Shown here: piece after piece, positions 62,146 to 64,000 of the stretch
Layout: each line of letters begins with the position of its first letter
Position numbering within the stretch: the first letter of the stretch is position 1
DNA from: Coraliomargarita sp.
GTDB taxonomy: Bacteria > Verrucomicrobiota > Verrucomicrobiia > Opitutales > Coraliomargaritaceae
Reading direction: 5' to 3'
Assembly: GCA_965216325.1 (NCBI GenBank)
Contig: OZ244160.1
Span: forward strand, 1,952,001-2,016,000
DNA: 64,000 bases
Position numbers and translations under genes: made by a program
Notes under the pieces: model-generated
What the model saw: the letters and a program-made list of their open reading frames with translations, nothing else
What the model was told of the DNA's origin: nothing
The model's database searches: none

Positions 62146-63179
62146 ATGCATCTATCCTCGCTTTACCTCTCGCCATAGCTGGTTGGAAATTGGCCGTAGC
62201 CGCAGTGCTTGGTCTGATCCTGTTGGTCTTACTGCTGATCTTTGTCACTTACATTGGTTTGTTTGTGAAATCGTATCTTGCGAAAGCGACCGTTGGCTTC
62301 CCGACCTTGATTGCGATGCGCCTCCGTGGTGTGCCGGCCTCATTGATGGTCGATGCACGTATTACTGCCGTGAAGGCGGGTTTGAGCCTGAGTTCGGATG
62401 ACTTGGAAGCGCACTACCTTGCAGAGGGTAATGTGATTCAAACCGTTCAGGCACTGATCGCTGCCGATAAGGCAAACATCGCACTGGACTGGCAACGTGC
62501 CTGCGCGATCGATCTCGCGACCAAGGGCACCGGCAAGTCGGTGCTCGAGGCGGTGCGCACTTCGATTAATCCGAAGGTGATTGAATGTCCGAACCCGCAA
62601 AGTGGCCGCGCGACCATCGACGGTGTGGCGAAAGACGGCATTCAGGTGAAGGCACGTGCTCGTGTGACGGTTCGTTCCAATCTCGACAATTATGTCGGCA
62701 GTGCGCTGGAAGAAACGGTCATCGCCCGTGTCGGTGAAGGTATCGTGACCACGATTGGTTCTTCGGAGTCCTACAAGTCGGTGCTCGAATCACCGGATAG
62801 CATTTCCAAGGTGGTGCTGGAGCGCGGCCTCGACGTGGGCACTGCCTTCGAAATCCTGTCCATCGATATCGCGGATGTCGATGTCGGTGAGAATATCGGT
62901 GCGAAGTTGCAAGAGTCTCAGGCAGAAGCAGACAAGAACGTGGCGCAGGCGAAGGCTGAAATGCGCCGTGCTGCTGCGGTTGCACTCGAACAGGAAATGA
63001 AGGCGAAGGTCGAAGAGATGAATGCGAAGGTGGTTGAAGCCGAAGCGCAAGTTCCTCTGGCCTTGGCTGAAGCCTTCCGCTCCGGAAATCTCGGTGTAAT
63101 GGATTACTACCGCCTGAATAACATTAAGGCGGACACCGATATGCGTGACTCGATCTCGAAGGGTGACGAGAAGCAGTAA
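62142..63179 (+). CDS. floA: Flotillin-like protein FloA (YqfA family)
   Basis: [58 protein letters not shown]. Confidence 0.93.
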   Translation: MNASILALPLAIAGWKLAVAAVLGLILLVLLLIFVTYIGLFVKSYLAKATVGFPTLIAMRLRGVPASLMVDARITAVKAGLSLSSDDLEAHYLAEGNVIQTVQALIAADKANIALDWQRACAIDLATKGTGKSVLEAVRTSINPKVIECPNPQSGRATIDGVAKDGIQVKARARVTVRSNLDNYVGSALEETVIARVGEGIVTTIGSSESYKSVLESPDSISKVVLERGLDVGTAFEILSIDIADVDVGENIGAKLQESQAEADKNVAQAKAEMRRAAAVALEQEMKAKVEEMNAKVVEAEAQVPLALAEAFRSGNLGVMDYYRLNNIKADTDMRDSISKGDEKQ

Positions 63180-63187
63180 TATTTGAG

Positions 63188-63251
63188 GTGGAGGGCAATG
63201 CTCTGTCATTGCCGGGTATTCCGGCGGAAACGACGGAGCGTTTCCCTCCAC
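63188..63251. repeat. Family F (GTGGAGGG) REP inverted pair
   Basis: GTGGAGGGCAATGCTCTGTCATTGCCG ... CGGAAACGACGGAGCGTTTCCCTCCAC. Confidence 0.85.
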
Positions 63252-63264
63252 TTAGAAGCAAGTA

Positions 63265-63933
63265 ATGGAAAACCTTCTAGATATGCTCATCCCGATCATT
63301 ATTGTGGTCGGATGGGTGCTTAAAGGACTCTTCTCGGGTAATACTGAAGAGGATGAGGGTGCGCAGCCGCGTCAGCGCTCTGGGCCGGATGAATCGTACC
63401 CGGATACTGAATACGAGGAGCGGCAGCGCCGCATTCAGGAGGAAATTCGCCGTAAGATTATGGAGCGCCGCCAAGCTGCGGAGGGCAGTGCGGCAGCGCC
63501 TCCTGCTTTGCCTCAGCAACAGCGTCCAGTGGTGACGTCGCCGGATCATGCGGAAGCCAAACGTCGCCGCGTGCAGGAGCGCCTCAAGCAGCGCAAAGAG
63601 CGTCAGCGAGAAGTGACCGAGCGCGTGCATGAAACCACAGAAGATGTTCATGAGACGGCCGGTGGCTTTTCATGGGAGGAGCCAGAGCACTCCTATGAGC
63701 AAGCACTGGAGGCGCAGCAGGCCCGTATTGAAGAGACTAGGCGTCAAGCCGCGGCCTTGCAGTCGCAGTTGGCGAGCCGTTCCAACCCGCAAGGTGCTCG
63801 GAGTTCATCGGCACGCAAGCGCAGTAGCTACCGTGGCCCGATCCGTGATAAGCTCCGCGACCCAGCGGCCGCCCGCGAAGCGATCATCTACAGCGAGGTG
63901 CTGGGCAAGCCGGTAGGCTTGCGGGAAGGGTAA
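63265..63933 (+). CDS. Membrane-anchored coiled-coil protein (YqfB-like) downstream of floA
   Basis: N-terminal TM, charged coiled coil, C-terminal REAIIYSEVLGKP. Confidence 0.75.
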   Translation: MENLLDMLIPIIIVVGWVLKGLFSGNTEEDEGAQPRQRSGPDESYPDTEYEERQRRIQEEIRRKIMERRQAAEGSAAAPPALPQQQRPVVTSPDHAEAKRRRVQERLKQRKERQREVTERVHETTEDVHETAGGFSWEEPEHSYEQALEAQQARIEETRRQAAALQSQLASRSNPQGARSSSARKRSSYRGPIRDKLRDPAAAREAIIYSEVLGKPVGLREG

Positions 63934-63946
63934 CCGCATTTCTAAG

Positions 63947-63976
63947 GGTAGCGCAGGCGCGTCTCGCGCCGCAGGA
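63947..63976. repeat. Family C REP arm
   Basis: Identical to 12905-12934. Confidence 0.85.
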
Positions 63977-64000
63977 ATTTAGGTTGGGGCTGGCTTACAA

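Overview
A gene-dense bacterial chromosomal segment with about 50 CDS. I found no rRNA, tRNA, CRISPR array or transposase. Gene content and repeat style suggest a marine Verrucomicrobiota/PVC-type organism (inference only). In order: (1) an AT-richer lipid-carrier glycosylation locus (two GT-C-type membrane transferases, one split at a T8 tract; a SAM methyltransferase; a GtrA flippase; two GT2 enzymes); (2) core genes (sigma-70 family factor, trpE, purK, purE, a DUF4139 protein, rapA); (3) nitroreductase, an AraC regulator divergent from a DUF4914 protein with PEP-carboxykinase-like motifs, a KamA radical SAM enzyme and an ArsR regulator; (4) a ~22 kb module with two paralogous Cys-type sulfatases, a MoxR/DUF58/DUF4381/BatA-D set, GltS, an RND pump, three outer-membrane proteins and a PafA-like phosphatase; (5) carA, vapBC, an M48 peptidase, two tandem Kef-like antiporters, a Prc protease, a rhomboid, ferredoxin, trkH/trkA, an aldose epimerase and an nfeD-nfeD-floA operon. 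The most unusual signal is non-coding. Most larger spacers hold REP-like palindromes or inverted short-unit arrays. A 37-bp micro-element sits inside REP hairpins four times, each flanked by GC on both sides. REP clusters lie in frame in the 5' ends of two Bat genes. There is also an unexplained ~300-nt structured element at 55.5-55.8 kb. Family calls come from motif recognition, not database searches.
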